DNA from: an uncultured Planctomycetales bacterium
GTDB taxonomy: Bacteria > Omnitrophota > Gorgyraeia > Gygaellales > Profunditerraquicolaceae
NCBI GenBank assembly: GCA_964542785.1
Contig: CAZIUK010000001.1
Location: forward strand, 69,115 to 133,114
Direction of reading: 5' to 3'
DNA: 64,000 nucleotides
Shown here: piece after piece, positions 19,380 through 29,604 of the stretch
Layout: each line of letters begins with the position of its first letter
Position numbering within the stretch: the first letter of the stretch is position 1
Notes under the pieces: model-generated
Databases searched by the model: none
Told to the model about the DNA's origin: nothing
What the model saw: only the letters and a program-made list of their open reading frames with translations
Position numbers and translations under genes: made by a program

Positions 19380-20465
19380 TTGATGTTAACTCTTTTGATT
19401 TTTTTCTCTATTTTAGGTCTGCTTATTTTAGTGCATGAGTTTGGGCATTTCATTATCGCTAAGAGGGCAGGTGTTAGGGTCGAGCAATTTTCTTTGGGTT
19501 TTGGCCCGGTGCTTTTAAAGAAAAAAGTACAGGATACCGAATATAGCCTTAGTCTTATTCCTCTTGGCGGGTTTGTTAACTTAGCCGGAGATAGCTTAGA
19601 GGAATATACGGGAAAGCCGGATGAATATTTTTCCCAAAAGCCGGGCAAGAGATTTTGGATTATATTTTTTGGCCCCCTGCTTAATTATTTCTTGGCTGTT
19701 TTGCTCTTTTGGTTTATCTTTTTTGTTGGCTATCCTACTCTAACAACTAAGGTAGGAGGGTTAATAGATGGTTTTGGCGCGCAGGAGGCAGGGATAAAAG
19801 CAGAGGATAAAATTATAGCTATAGATGGGAAAAAAGTTGAGTATTGGGAGGAGTTACAGCAGGTAATATATTCTAAAAGTTTAAAAGATAAGGTTAATGT
19901 TTTGTTGCTAAGGAAGGGTGAACCTTTGACTTTAGAGGTTAGAATACAAGAAGAAAATATTTCTGATCAAATAGGCCAAAAACATAACAGGCCTTTGCTA
20001 GGTATTACGCCTTTTGATGAAGTGATTAAGGTCAGGCACGGATTTTTTAAATCATTCTTTTTAAGTTTTAAAAAAGTAAATTCTTTAACGCTTATGACTT
20101 ACCGGGCATTGGGTTTTTTGGTTACCGGGAGGCTTCCTATGCGTGAGTCTATGACTGGGCCATTAGGAATATTTTTTATTACCTCTAAAGCTGCAAGTTT
20201 AGGGTTTATTGCCGTTCTTCATCTTATGGCAGTGTTAAGTTTAAGTTTAGCCATATTTAACCTTTTACCCTTGCCGATATTAGACGGAGGGCATATCGCG
20301 CTTTTAGGTTTAGAAAAATTAAGAGGCAGGCCTTTGATGATTAAGACAGAACGCCTGATAAATAAATTTGGAGTTGTCTTTATGGTCTTTATTGCTTTAT
20401 TCGTCACCTACAATGATATAATTAAAAACTTTGGGGATAAGATAAGCAGATTTTTTATAAGATAA
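19380..20465 (+). CDS. rseP: RIP (site-2) zinc metalloprotease RseP with PDZ domain
   Basis: HEFGHFIIAKRAG (HExxH), an internal PDZ segment, and the C-terminal LDGG motif (LPILDGGH). Confidence 0.88.
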   Translation: MMLTLLIFFSILGLLILVHEFGHFIIAKRAGVRVEQFSLGFGPVLLKKKVQDTEYSLSLIPLGGFVNLAGDSLEEYTGKPDEYFSQKPGKRFWIIFFGPLLNYFLAVLLFWFIFFVGYPTLTTKVGGLIDGFGAQEAGIKAEDKIIAIDGKKVEYWEELQQVIYSKSLKDKVNVLLLRKGEPLTLEVRIQEENISDQIGQKHNRPLLGITPFDEVIKVRHGFFKSFFLSFKKVNSLTLMTYRALGFLVTGRLPMRESMTGPLGIFFITSKAASLGFIAVLHLMAVLSLSLAIFNLLPLPILDGGHIALLGLEKLRGRPLMIKTERLINKFGVVFMVFIALFVTYNDIIKNFGDKISRFFIR

Positions 20466-21511
20466 TGCCTATTAAAAGAAAAAAGACTAGGATAGTTAAG
20501 GTAGGCAAGGTTTTTATTGGCGGAGATGCTCCTATCTCTGTGCAGTCTATGGTTAAGGTTAAGACATCGCAGGTTAATAGGGTAATAGATGAGATTAATA
20601 GTTTAGAAGATGCCGGGTGTGATATTCTGCGACTTGCAATAAAGGATAAGTCCGATGCTATTGCAATAAAGAGGATAAAAAGGAAAGTAGGGGCCTCTTT
20701 GGTTGCTGATATACACTTTGATTATCGCCTTGCCTTAGCTTCTATTGAGAGCGGTGTTGATAAGGTCCGCCTTAACCCGGGGAATATTTATAAAAAAGAT
20801 GAGGTTTACCAGGTAGTTAGAGAGCTTAAATTTGCAAAGTTACCTTTAAGGATTGGCGTAAATTCCGGATCTGTTAAGGAAGATAATTCTTCTATCCCGG
20901 AGAGGTTGGTTAAATCAGCGCTTGCTTATATAAAGATGGTTGAGGGATTTAATTTTCATGACATTATTATTTCTCTTAAGGCCTCAAGTGTTGAGGATAC
21001 CTTAATAGCGTATCGAAAGATATCTAAACTATGTGATTACCCCCTTCATTTAGGGGTTACTGCTACCGGATCTTTTTATTCAGGCTTAGTAAAGTCTGCT
21101 ATCGCCTTAGGCACACTTCTGCTTGAAGGTATAGGGGATACGATAAGGGTTTCTCTGACCGATAAGCCTTTACGCGAGGTTTATGTTGCCAAGGAGATAT
21201 TAAAGTCTTTATCTTTACGTAGTTATGGGCCTGAGATTATAAGTTGTCCGACCTGCGGAAGGTGCGAGGTTAATCTTATAAAGCTGGTAAATGAGTTTGA
21301 AGAGAAAGTATTTAAGTTAAAAACTAAGCCGCTTAAAATAGCGCTTATGGGTTGTGTGGTAAATGGCCCTGGAGAGGCAAGAGAGGCTGATTTAGGGATT
21401 GCCTTTGGTAGGAAGGAAGGTTTGATATTTAAGAAAGGTAAAGCAACAAAAAAGATTGAGTTTTCTAAATCTATTGAATATCTTTTAAGAGAGGTAAAAA
21501 ATAGAAGATGA
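20465..21511 (+). CDS. ispG: 4-hydroxy-3-methylbut-2-enyl diphosphate synthase (GcpE)
   Basis: Start KVGKVFIGGDAPISVQSM, and the C-terminal Cys triad (CPTCGRC ... GCVVNGPGE) of IspG. 348 aa. Confidence 0.92.
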   Translation: MPIKRKKTRIVKVGKVFIGGDAPISVQSMVKVKTSQVNRVIDEINSLEDAGCDILRLAIKDKSDAIAIKRIKRKVGASLVADIHFDYRLALASIESGVDKVRLNPGNIYKKDEVYQVVRELKFAKLPLRIGVNSGSVKEDNSSIPERLVKSALAYIKMVEGFNFHDIIISLKASSVEDTLIAYRKISKLCDYPLHLGVTATGSFYSGLVKSAIALGTLLLEGIGDTIRVSLTDKPLREVYVAKEILKSLSLRSYGPEIISCPTCGRCEVNLIKLVNEFEEKVFKLKTKPLKIALMGCVVNGPGEAREADLGIAFGRKEGLIFKKGKATKKIEFSKSIEYLLREVKNRR

Positions 21512-22767
21512 TAAATATTCTTAAGACAAAGGTAAGGGATAAGATAATTTCTGGTTATGGCAGATTATTTTCAACCGAAGATGTATCTTCACAGGAGTTA
21601 GAGATAGCGATAAATAAAGTCTTAAATGATTTTGCCTCTATCGAACGTATCCCCTTGCAAGATTTAGATAGAAGAAAGATTGTTAAGGAGCTTTTGGATG
21701 ATTTTTTAGGATTTGGTCCGATAGATAGCCTTATGAAGGATAATTCTATTACCGAGATAATGATAAATGGGCCTAAGAAGATTTTTGTAGAGAGGAAAGG
21801 AATAACGGAGCTTTCTGGTATTACATTTGAGGATGATAAACAACTTATGTATTTAATCTACAAGCTTCTTGCTCCTACAAGGCGCAGGGTTGATGAGTCC
21901 TGCCCATACAATGATGTTTCCCTTAAGGATGGCTCGCGCGTTAATATAATTATTCCTCCTCTTGCCTTAGATGGTCCGTCAGTTACCATAAGAAAGTTTT
22001 TAAAAGATTTAAAAGGAATTGAAGATTTGATTAAAATACAGACCTTGGATAACCGTATGGCTGATTTTTTGATAGCTTGTATTAAGGCAAAGATAAATAT
22101 TATGTTTTCAGGCTCTACTGGGGCTGGGAAGACTACTACCTTAGGAGTTCTTTCTAGCTATATATCAGACGACGAGAGGATAATCACAATAGAGGATACC
22201 GCGGAGTTACGCCTAAATCAGCCTAACCTTGTTAGGTTAGAGACGAGGATGCAGAGTATTGAGGGGAAGGGAGAGGTAAGCATTAGAAGTCTTTTTAAAA
22301 ATTCACTTCGCATGCGTCCGGAGAGGATTATTTTAGGAGAGATTAGAAGTTCTGAAGCATTAGATATGTTACAGGCGATATGTTCAGGGCATACCGGCTC
22401 CTTAGCTGTCTTGCATGCCAATACTCCTCAAGAGGTAATTTATCGTTTAGAGACGATGATTCTTACTTCAGGGATACCTATTAGTCTTGAGGCGATACAC
22501 CGGCAGATGACTGCGGCTATGGATATTATAGTGCAGCAAGAGCAGCTTGTAGACGGTTCACGTAAGATTACCTATATTACCCAGGTTAATGGATTAAAAG
22601 ATGGGCAGATTAATCTGGAGGATATATTTATCTATGATTTAGAGAAAGTTAGCGCAGAAGGCAAGGTATACGGGAGATGGAAGGCTACCGGTGTAGTACC
22701 GAAATTCTTTAAAAAGTTTGAGAAATCAGGAGTCGCGTTATCAAAAGAAATTTTTAATAAGGATTAA
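21508..22767 (+). CDS. CpaF/TadA-type secretion ATPase (type II/IV secretion NTPase family), orphan
   Basis: Walker A FSGSTGAGKTTT. Asp box and His box of the GspE/VirB11 superfamily. N-terminal region like the CpaF ATPase N-domain. No tadB, tadC, cpaE or pilin genes nearby. Confidence 0.75.
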   Translation: MINILKTKVRDKIISGYGRLFSTEDVSSQELEIAINKVLNDFASIERIPLQDLDRRKIVKELLDDFLGFGPIDSLMKDNSITEIMINGPKKIFVERKGITELSGITFEDDKQLMYLIYKLLAPTRRRVDESCPYNDVSLKDGSRVNIIIPPLALDGPSVTIRKFLKDLKGIEDLIKIQTLDNRMADFLIACIKAKINIMFSGSTGAGKTTTLGVLSSYISDDERIITIEDTAELRLNQPNLVRLETRMQSIEGKGEVSIRSLFKNSLRMRPERIILGEIRSSEALDMLQAICSGHTGSLAVLHANTPQEVIYRLETMILTSGIPISLEAIHRQMTAAMDIIVQQEQLVDGSRKITYITQVNGLKDGQINLEDIFIYDLEKVSAEGKVYGRWKATGVVPKFFKKFEKSGVALSKEIFNKD

Positions 22768-22769
22768 AG

Positions 22770-24020
22770 ATGCTCTGGTCAAAAACATTAATACCTACTT
22801 TAAAAGAGACTCCGCAAGAGGCTGAGTCAACAAGTCATCAGTTACTCTTGCGTGCAGGGTTAGTGCGTATGCTTATGGCGGGAGTGTATTCTTATTTACC
22901 TTTGGGTTTAAGAGTATTAAAGAATATTCAGCGGATTATAAGGGAAGAGCTGGATGCGTGTGGTGCTTCTGAAGTTTTGCTTCCTGCTTTACAGCCCTTA
23001 GATTTATGGCAGCGCACAGGAAGGGATGAACTTTTAGGAGAGGTGATGTTTAAGGTAACTGACCGTAAGGGTAGAAAGGTTTGTTTAGGACCTACCCACG
23101 AAGAAGTTATTACTGAGTTGGTAAGAGGCTATGTTTTAAGTTACAAGCAACTACCGCTTTTGCTCTATCAGATTCAGGTGAAATTCCGTGATGAGATACG
23201 TCCGCGCTTCGGGTTAATCAGGGCGTGTGAGTTTATAATGAAAGATGCTTATAGTTTTGATAAGGACGAAGAAGGCCTTGATAAGAATTACCAGAAAATG
23301 CATCAGGCATACCTAAGGATTTTTAAAAGGTGTGGGATTAAAGCGCTTTCAATAGAAGCAGATTCCGGGGTTATGGGGGGGGATTTATCGCATGAGTTTA
23401 TGGTATTAGCCAAAGATGGAGAAGATACAGTCTTAGTATGCACAGAGTGTAATTTTGCAAAACCTTTTAAAGATGGCGCGAGTGATATTTGCGATAATTG
23501 TAAATCTAATCTTAAAAAATTTAATGCTATAGAGATAGGACATATCTTTAAGTTAGGGGTTAAGTATAGCCTTGCCTTAGGCGCAAATTTTTTAGGCGCA
23601 GAGGGAAAATTAAAACCCATTATAATGGGTTGTTATGGCATAGGCGTATCGAGGATTATTTCTGCTGTTATTGAAGAGAACCATGATGAACATGGGATTA
23701 TTTGGCCGGTTGGAGTAGCTCCTTATAGGGTAATAATTACTCCTTTAGACGTTACAAATAAGGATATTATGGAGATATCTTTAAATATCTATCGGGAATT
23801 AAACTCTTTGGGGATAAGTGTACTTTTAGATGATCGTGACGAGCGGGCAGGGGTTAAGTTTAAGGATGCTGACTTGTTAGGCATTCCTTATCAGGTTGTT
23901 ATAGGTAAAACAGCACTTAAAGATAATTCCCTTGAATTAAAATTCCGCTCTACAGGCGGGAAGATGATAAAGCAGAAGGGGGAAGTGGTACGTTTTTTAA
24001 AAGAAGAGATTAATGATTAA
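22770..24020 (+). CDS. proS: prolyl-tRNA synthetase, bacterial-type but without the INS editing domain
   Basis: Class II motifs (FRDEIRPRFGLIRACEF motif 2, GCYGIGVSR motif 3). Only 416 aa. Has an internal CTECNF...CDNC Cys4 mini-insertion. Confidence 0.85.
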   Translation: MLWSKTLIPTLKETPQEAESTSHQLLLRAGLVRMLMAGVYSYLPLGLRVLKNIQRIIREELDACGASEVLLPALQPLDLWQRTGRDELLGEVMFKVTDRKGRKVCLGPTHEEVITELVRGYVLSYKQLPLLLYQIQVKFRDEIRPRFGLIRACEFIMKDAYSFDKDEEGLDKNYQKMHQAYLRIFKRCGIKALSIEADSGVMGGDLSHEFMVLAKDGEDTVLVCTECNFAKPFKDGASDICDNCKSNLKKFNAIEIGHIFKLGVKYSLALGANFLGAEGKLKPIIMGCYGIGVSRIISAVIEENHDEHGIIWPVGVAPYRVIITPLDVTNKDIMEISLNIYRELNSLGISVLLDDRDERAGVKFKDADLLGIPYQVVIGKTALKDNSLELKFRSTGGKMIKQKGEVVRFLKEEIND

Positions 24021-24471
24021 GCAGGAATTAATAAACCGATTAGGCGCATATTTTAAGACATCTTTGGATTCATTTGGATTGATTATGGTGGATTTTATGC
24101 TCAGGCATGAAAGTGGGCAGATTATCTTAAAGGTCTTAATAGATAAGCCTTCAGGCGGGATTACCATGGGTGAGTGTGCGGATCTAAACCGCTTTTTTAA
24201 AGGTTTTCTAGACGAAGAAGGATTAGTAGGGGAAGATTATACCTTGGAGGTTTCCTCTCCCGGGTTAGACCGTCCGCTCAAAGTAAGGGAAGATTTTTTG
24301 CGTATGCTTAATAAAGAGGCAAGGTTTTTTTTAAGTGAACCCTTGAATGGCAAGATAGAATGGAGCGGGTTTATTGAGAGTGCAGGAGAAGAAAAAGTTT
24401 CAGTCAGGCTAAAAGAGGGTTTAATAGAGATACCCTATAATAAGATAAATAAATCCAAGCTTATAATTTAA
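24013..24471 (+). CDS. rimP: ribosome maturation factor RimP
   Basis: Conserved LEVSSPGLDRPL motif. 152 aa. Immediately upstream of nusA-infB. Confidence 0.88.
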   Translation: MIKQELINRLGAYFKTSLDSFGLIMVDFMLRHESGQIILKVLIDKPSGGITMGECADLNRFFKGFLDEEGLVGEDYTLEVSSPGLDRPLKVREDFLRMLNKEARFFLSEPLNGKIEWSGFIESAGEEKVSVRLKEGLIEIPYNKINKSKLII

Positions 24472-24489
24472 AAACCGGAGAGATTAGAT

Positions 24490-25740
24490 ATGAGTCAAGA
24501 ATTAATTGCGATAATTGAACAGATAGAGAGAGAAAAAGGAATTAAAAAAGAGGTCTTGATTTCTGCAGTCGAGAGCGCGCTATTAAGTGCAGCTAAGAAG
24601 GTTATTGATTTAAAACCTGAAGAGGAGTTGAGGGTAGAGTTAAATAGGAATAACGGGAAGATTCGTGCCTATAGAAACGGAGAGGAGGTGTCTTCTATTG
24701 ATTTTGGTAGGATTGCCGCTTCTACTGCGCGTCAAGTCATAATACAAAAAATGCGCGAAGCAGAGAAGGATGTTATTTTTAATGAGTTTCAGGGTAAGGT
24801 AGGGGAGATTGTAAGTGGTACAGTCTATAGATTTGAGAGAGGGAATATAGTTATAGATCTATTAGGCAAGGCAGAAGGACTTTTGATAAAACGCGAGCAG
24901 TCACCGAAAGAAGAGTTCAAGCAAGGCCAGCGCATACGCGCCTTGCTTTTAGATGTAAAAAGAGAAGCAAGGGGAGCTCAGATTATATTATCACGTACCC
25001 ATCCGAATTTAGTAAAAAAACTATTTGAGCTTGAAGTTCCGGAGATTTATGAGGGTATAGTAGAGATAAAGTCTATATCTCGGCAAGCAGGAGAGAGGAC
25101 AAAGATAGCCGTATACTCTAAGAATGATAAAGTTGATTCTGTAGGTGCTTGCGTAGGCATGAGGGGTAATAGGGTGCGTAATATCGTAAATGAATTATAC
25201 GGAGAGAAGATAGATATTGTCCGTTTTAATGAGGATACTCGAGAGTATATTAAGAATGCCCTTTCTCCGGCAAAGGTTTCTGAGATTAAATTGGATAAGG
25301 AGAAGCTTAAAGCAGAGGTTGTAGTTGAGGATGACCAACTTTCTTTGGCTATAGGTAAACACGGGCAAAATGTCCGCCTTGCGTCTAGGCTTATCGGTTG
25401 GGAGTTAGATATAAGGACTAAATTCATGCAGGCGGATTCTTCTAAAAAGAAAGACGCAGAGGGTCTTGTTATTTTAGAAGGAGAAGAAGCGTCTATTGGA
25501 AAAGTAAAGAGGAAGCCAAGGAAAGACAAGAAGGTAGAAACACCTCTTTTAAGATTAGCAGGGGTAGGAGAAAAGACCCTAACTAGTTTAAAAGAGGCTG
25601 GAGTAAATTCTTTAGAAAGCCTTATAGACTTAGGCATGGAAGGCTTAATTCAAATTAAAGGGATTAAGGATAAAAAAGCGGGAAAGCTTATTTCTGAAGC
25701 AAAAAGATTAAAACAGTTATTTAATAAGGAAGAAGGTTAA
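24490..25740 (+). CDS. nusA: transcription termination/antitermination factor NusA
   Basis: S1 and tandem KH domains (KIDIVRF.., AIGKHGQNVRLASRL) plus a C-terminal HhH-like tail. 416 aa. Confidence 0.92.
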   Translation: MSQELIAIIEQIEREKGIKKEVLISAVESALLSAAKKVIDLKPEEELRVELNRNNGKIRAYRNGEEVSSIDFGRIAASTARQVIIQKMREAEKDVIFNEFQGKVGEIVSGTVYRFERGNIVIDLLGKAEGLLIKREQSPKEEFKQGQRIRALLLDVKREARGAQIILSRTHPNLVKKLFELEVPEIYEGIVEIKSISRQAGERTKIAVYSKNDKVDSVGACVGMRGNRVRNIVNELYGEKIDIVRFNEDTREYIKNALSPAKVSEIKLDKEKLKAEVVVEDDQLSLAIGKHGQNVRLASRLIGWELDIRTKFMQADSSKKKDAEGLVILEGEEASIGKVKRKPRKDKKVETPLLRLAGVGEKTLTSLKEAGVNSLESLIDLGMEGLIQIKGIKDKKAGKLISEAKRLKQLFNKEEG

Positions 25741-25745
25741 GAATT

Positions 25746-27860
25746 ATGGCAAAGATTGTTAAAGTAAAAAAAGAGGAAAAGAAGAAGGTTTCTTTGAAGC
25801 CTAAAAAGACGGCAGCTAAAAAGGAAGTTAATAAGGGCAAATCTTCTGTAAAGGAAGTTAAAAAGATAGTTTTCCCTAAGTCCAAAAAAACAGTTAAAAC
25901 AGCTCCTGTTTTAACTAAGAAGGTAGTAAAACCTAAACAGAAACCTGTATCAGAAATTAAACCTAAAGGCGTTATTAAAGATAAAGCTGAGGATAAGGCT
26001 AAGGCTCAAGAGGATATTCAGCCTCAAGCAAAGATTGAGGTTAAGCAGGCAAAGCAAGAGATGCCTAAAGTTGAGGTTAGCGCTGCTGCTCCGGTTGTTG
26101 TAGAACTAAGAGAGTTAGAGCTGGAGTTTCCTATTACATTAAAAGATCTTTCAATAAAACTACAAGAAAAACCTTCGGCTATTATTAAGTTGCTTATGGG
26201 AATGAAGATAATGGCAGGGATAAACCAGTCTTTAGATGAAGAGATTGTAATTAGTATCTGCCAAAAATATAATTTTAAGGTTAAAAAAGCCTTAAAAGGG
26301 GAAGAATTAGCGTTAAGCGCGCATAACCTGTCTGATTCTGCCAAGGATCTTAAAGCGCGTTCTCCGGTAGTAACATTTATGGGGCATGTTGACCATGGTA
26401 AGACCTCTTTATTAGACGCGATAAGAAAAACTAAGGTTGCTGAAAACGAATACGGCGGGATTACCCAACATATCGGTGCTTACCGGGCTAGATTACCAAA
26501 TGGAGAGATAACTTTTTTAGATACCCCCGGGCATGAGGCTTTTACTGCTATGCGTTTACGCGGGGCAAAGATTACTGATATTGTAGTTTTAGTAGTAGCT
26601 GCGGATGATGGTGTTATGCCTCAAACTGAGGAGGCTATTGACCATGCCAAAGCTGCAGGGGTGTCAATAATAGTGGCGATAAATAAAATTGACAAGCAGG
26701 GAGTTGATATTGATCGGGTTAAGAAACAATTAGTTAAGCTTAACTTAACTGCCGAGGATTGGGGGGGCAAGACTATTGTAGTTCCTGTTTCAGCTAAGAC
26801 AGGGGAAGGTATAGATGACCTCTTAGAGATGATTATTTTAGAGTCGCAGATGTTAGAGTTAAAGGCGAATCCTAATCGTTTAGCGCGAGGAGTTGTTATA
26901 GAGGCACAGATGTCTAAGGGCAGGGGCCCGGTGGCAACACTTCTTGTGCAGAACGGAACTTTACGCTTAAATGAGAATATAATTGTAGGTAATTTTTACG
27001 GTAAGATAAGGGCGATGTTTAATGATCGCGCGCAGGCAGTAACGAGCGCAGCTCCTTCAGAGCCGGTTGAGGTTTTAGGAATTTCCGGTGTGCCTTTAGC
27101 AGGAGAACAATTTTTTACTATTGCTGATGAAAAAGAAGCTAAAGAGTTGATTGGATTAAGGGTTCAAAAGGACAGGGAAGAGCAGGTTAAGCCGGTAAAA
27201 AGAGTAAGCCTTGAGGATTTGCATAATCAGATTAGTAAAGGCAGTATAAAAGAATTGAGGCTTATCTTGAAGTCAGATATGCAAGGTTCACTTGAGGCGA
27301 TAAAAGAGACTTTAGATAAGCTTAATGTTACAGAGATTAGAATAGAGTTTATACATTCAGCCGTAGGAAACATTAATAGTTCGGATGTTGTCTTGGCAGC
27401 AGCTTCGGATGCTTTAATACTCGGTTTTAATATAGAGGTAGACGATTTAGCAAAAGAGCTTATTGCCAAGGAAGGGGTGGATGTAAAGACCTATAATATT
27501 ATTTATGAGTTAGCAGGTGATATAAAAGCTGCTTTAGAGGGGATGCTTGAGCCTAAGATAAAAAAAGTTTTCTTAGGTAGGGCAGAGGTAAGGAAGGTTT
27601 TTAAGCTCTCTAAGGCAGGGACTATAGCCGGGTGTTTTGTAGTTAAAGGCAAATTTAACCGTACTTGTTTAGTTATTTTAACAAGGAACGGTCAAGAGGT
27701 CTTTGAAGGGAAGCTCTCTTCTTTGAAAAGATTTAAAGATGATGTGCGCGAAGTTTTAGAAGGGTTTGAATGCGGTATAAGTTTGGCAGGATTTGACCAG
27801 CTGATGGAAGGTGATATTATTGAGTCATACGTAGTAGAGAGGATTGCTAGAAAGATATGA
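25746..27860 (+). CDS. infB: translation initiation factor IF-2
   Basis: Lys-rich variable N-terminus. G-domain motifs [24 protein letters not shown] and NKID. 704 aa. Confidence 0.95.
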   Translation: MAKIVKVKKEEKKKVSLKPKKTAAKKEVNKGKSSVKEVKKIVFPKSKKTVKTAPVLTKKVVKPKQKPVSEIKPKGVIKDKAEDKAKAQEDIQPQAKIEVKQAKQEMPKVEVSAAAPVVVELRELELEFPITLKDLSIKLQEKPSAIIKLLMGMKIMAGINQSLDEEIVISICQKYNFKVKKALKGEELALSAHNLSDSAKDLKARSPVVTFMGHVDHGKTSLLDAIRKTKVAENEYGGITQHIGAYRARLPNGEITFLDTPGHEAFTAMRLRGAKITDIVVLVVAADDGVMPQTEEAIDHAKAAGVSIIVAINKIDKQGVDIDRVKKQLVKLNLTAEDWGGKTIVVPVSAKTGEGIDDLLEMIILESQMLELKANPNRLARGVVIEAQMSKGRGPVATLLVQNGTLRLNENIIVGNFYGKIRAMFNDRAQAVTSAAPSEPVEVLGISGVPLAGEQFFTIADEKEAKELIGLRVQKDREEQVKPVKRVSLEDLHNQISKGSIKELRLILKSDMQGSLEAIKETLDKLNVTEIRIEFIHSAVGNINSSDVVLAAASDALILGFNIEVDDLAKELIAKEGVDVKTYNIIYELAGDIKAALEGMLEPKIKKVFLGRAEVRKVFKLSKAGTIAGCFVVKGKFNRTCLVILTRNGQEVFEGKLSSLKRFKDDVREVLEGFECGISLAGFDQLMEGDIIESYVVERIARKI

Positions 27861-28837
27861 AGAAAGCTCTTCTTAGCGGAATGCGCCCTACCGGTAGGCT
27901 GCACTTGGGGCATCTTGTAGGAGCATTAAATAATTGGGTTAAATTACAAAAGGAATACCGGTGTTTTTTTATGGTTGCTGATTGGCATGCCTTAATGAGT
28001 GAATATGCAGATACCAAAGATTTGCCAGAGAATATTATAGATAATGTTATAGATTGGATAAGCGTAGGCATTAATCCGCAAGAATCAGTTATATTTATTC
28101 AATCAAAGGTTCCAGAGCATCTAAGTTTGTATATGATACTATCTTGTTTAACTCCACTTGGTCTGCTTGAGCGTTGTCCTACCTACAAGGAGCAGTTAAG
28201 AGAGATAGATTCGCGCAATCTTAATACCTATGGATTTTTAGGGTATCCTGTTTTGCAGGCAGCAGATATCCTTCTTTATAAGGCAGAGAAGGTTCCTGTT
28301 GGAAAAGACCAGCTTCCGCATTTAGAGCTTACAAGGCAATTATCAAGGCTTTTTAATAAGTTATGTAAAAAGGAGCTGCTCCCTTACCCGGAGGCAATAT
28401 TAACCAAGGTTCCTAAATTATTAGGGTTAGATGGACGCAAGATGAGCAAGAGTTATAATAATACCATAAATCTTTCTGATCCATCTATTGTCATAACTAA
28501 AAAAGTCTCGACCATGTTTACCGACCCTAAAAGGATCAAGCTTGGCGATCCGGGGCGCCCGGAGGTATGCAATGTTTTTTCTTATTATGCTGCTTTTGCT
28601 CCTGAAATAAAAGATGAGGCACATGATTGGTGCGTGGGGGCAAGAAAGGGTTGCACTGAATGTAAGAAGATACTTTCTGAAAAAGTCGTATCCTTGCTTT
28701 CTCCTATCAGAAAGAAAAGGGAAGGGCTTTGTAAGAACAAAGGTTATGTAAGAAAGGTTATAGAAAGAGGCAATGAACGTGCTAAGGAAGAGGCGGCTAA
28801 AACGATAGGAGAGGTCTTTAAGGGGATAAATTTATGA
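27857..28837 (+). CDS. trpS: tryptophanyl-tRNA synthetase
   Basis: HIGH-class motif TGRLHLGH and KMSKS. 326 aa. Confidence 0.92.
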   Translation: MKKALLSGMRPTGRLHLGHLVGALNNWVKLQKEYRCFFMVADWHALMSEYADTKDLPENIIDNVIDWISVGINPQESVIFIQSKVPEHLSLYMILSCLTPLGLLERCPTYKEQLREIDSRNLNTYGFLGYPVLQAADILLYKAEKVPVGKDQLPHLELTRQLSRLFNKLCKKELLPYPEAILTKVPKLLGLDGRKMSKSYNNTINLSDPSIVITKKVSTMFTDPKRIKLGDPGRPEVCNVFSYYAAFAPEIKDEAHDWCVGARKGCTECKKILSEKVVSLLSPIRKKREGLCKNKGYVRKVIERGNERAKEEAAKTIGEVFKGINL

Positions 28838-29604
28838 ACTACAAGATAAAACTAGAGATATTTGAAGGTCCTTTAGATTTACTTTTGTATCTTGTAAAAA
28901 AGGATCACTTGAATATTTATGATATTCCCATTGCTCAGGTAACTGAACAGTATATGCAGTATATAAATTTAATGCAGTTATTGGATTTAAATATCGCCGG
29001 GGAGTTTTTGGTTATGGCTGCTACCTTGATGCAGATTAAATCTAAGATGCTTCTTCCGGCTGAAGAGGCGGATAATCTTCAAACTCAAGAAGAGGATCCG
29101 CGCGAAGAGTTGGTTAAAAGGCTCTTAGAGTATGAGAAATTCAAAGAGATAGCTGAGAATCTCCGCCAAAAAGAGGCAAGCCAGCAGGATATTTTTAAGC
29201 GCCCTAAGGCAAAGATAGATGTTAAAGATTTGAAAGGTAAAGAAGTTTATTTTGAGGCGAGCATATTTGATTTAATAAATGCTTTTTCCAAGGCGCTCCA
29301 GGATGTTCCAAAAGAGGTTTTTTACGAGGTAGTTAAGGACCAATTTACGGTTGAGCAGGCTACACATGACATACTCCATCTTCTATTAGTGAAATCAGAA
29401 GTTAAACTTTCGGAGTTATTTAACAAGGCTAAAGATAAGATGGGGATTATCGTTATTTTCCTTGCCATATTAGAGTTGATGCGCTTAAAAGAGATTGTGG
29501 CTAGGCAGAACCGGATGTTCGGGGAGATAGAGATTTTAAGAAACAAGGAGAATATTACGCCTTATGAGTCAAGGGGAGAGGGAAGCGCTGATAAAGGGCA
29601 ATAG
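28834..29604 (+). CDS. scpA: segregation and condensation protein A
   Basis: IKLEIFEGPLDLLLYLVKKDHLNIYDIPIAQVTEQY, the ScpA kleisin N-terminus. 256 aa. Confidence 0.85.
   Translation: MNYKIKLEIFEGPLDLLLYLVKKDHLNIYDIPIAQVTEQYMQYINLMQLLDLNIAGEFLVMAATLMQIKSKMLLPAEEADNLQTQEEDPREELVKRLLEYEKFKEIAENLRQKEASQQDIFKRPKAKIDVKDLKGKEVYFEASIFDLINAFSKALQDVPKEVFYEVVKDQFTVEQATHDILHLLLVKSEVKLSELFNKAKDKMGIIVIFLAILELMRLKEIVARQNRMFGEIEILRNKENITPYESRGEGSADKGQ

Noticed and set aside
25047-25637. 196-aa minus-strand ORF
   Set aside because: Antisense to nusA. No recognisable domain. It is Ser/Thr/Leu-rich, as expected for the reverse frame of a Lys/Glu-rich gene.
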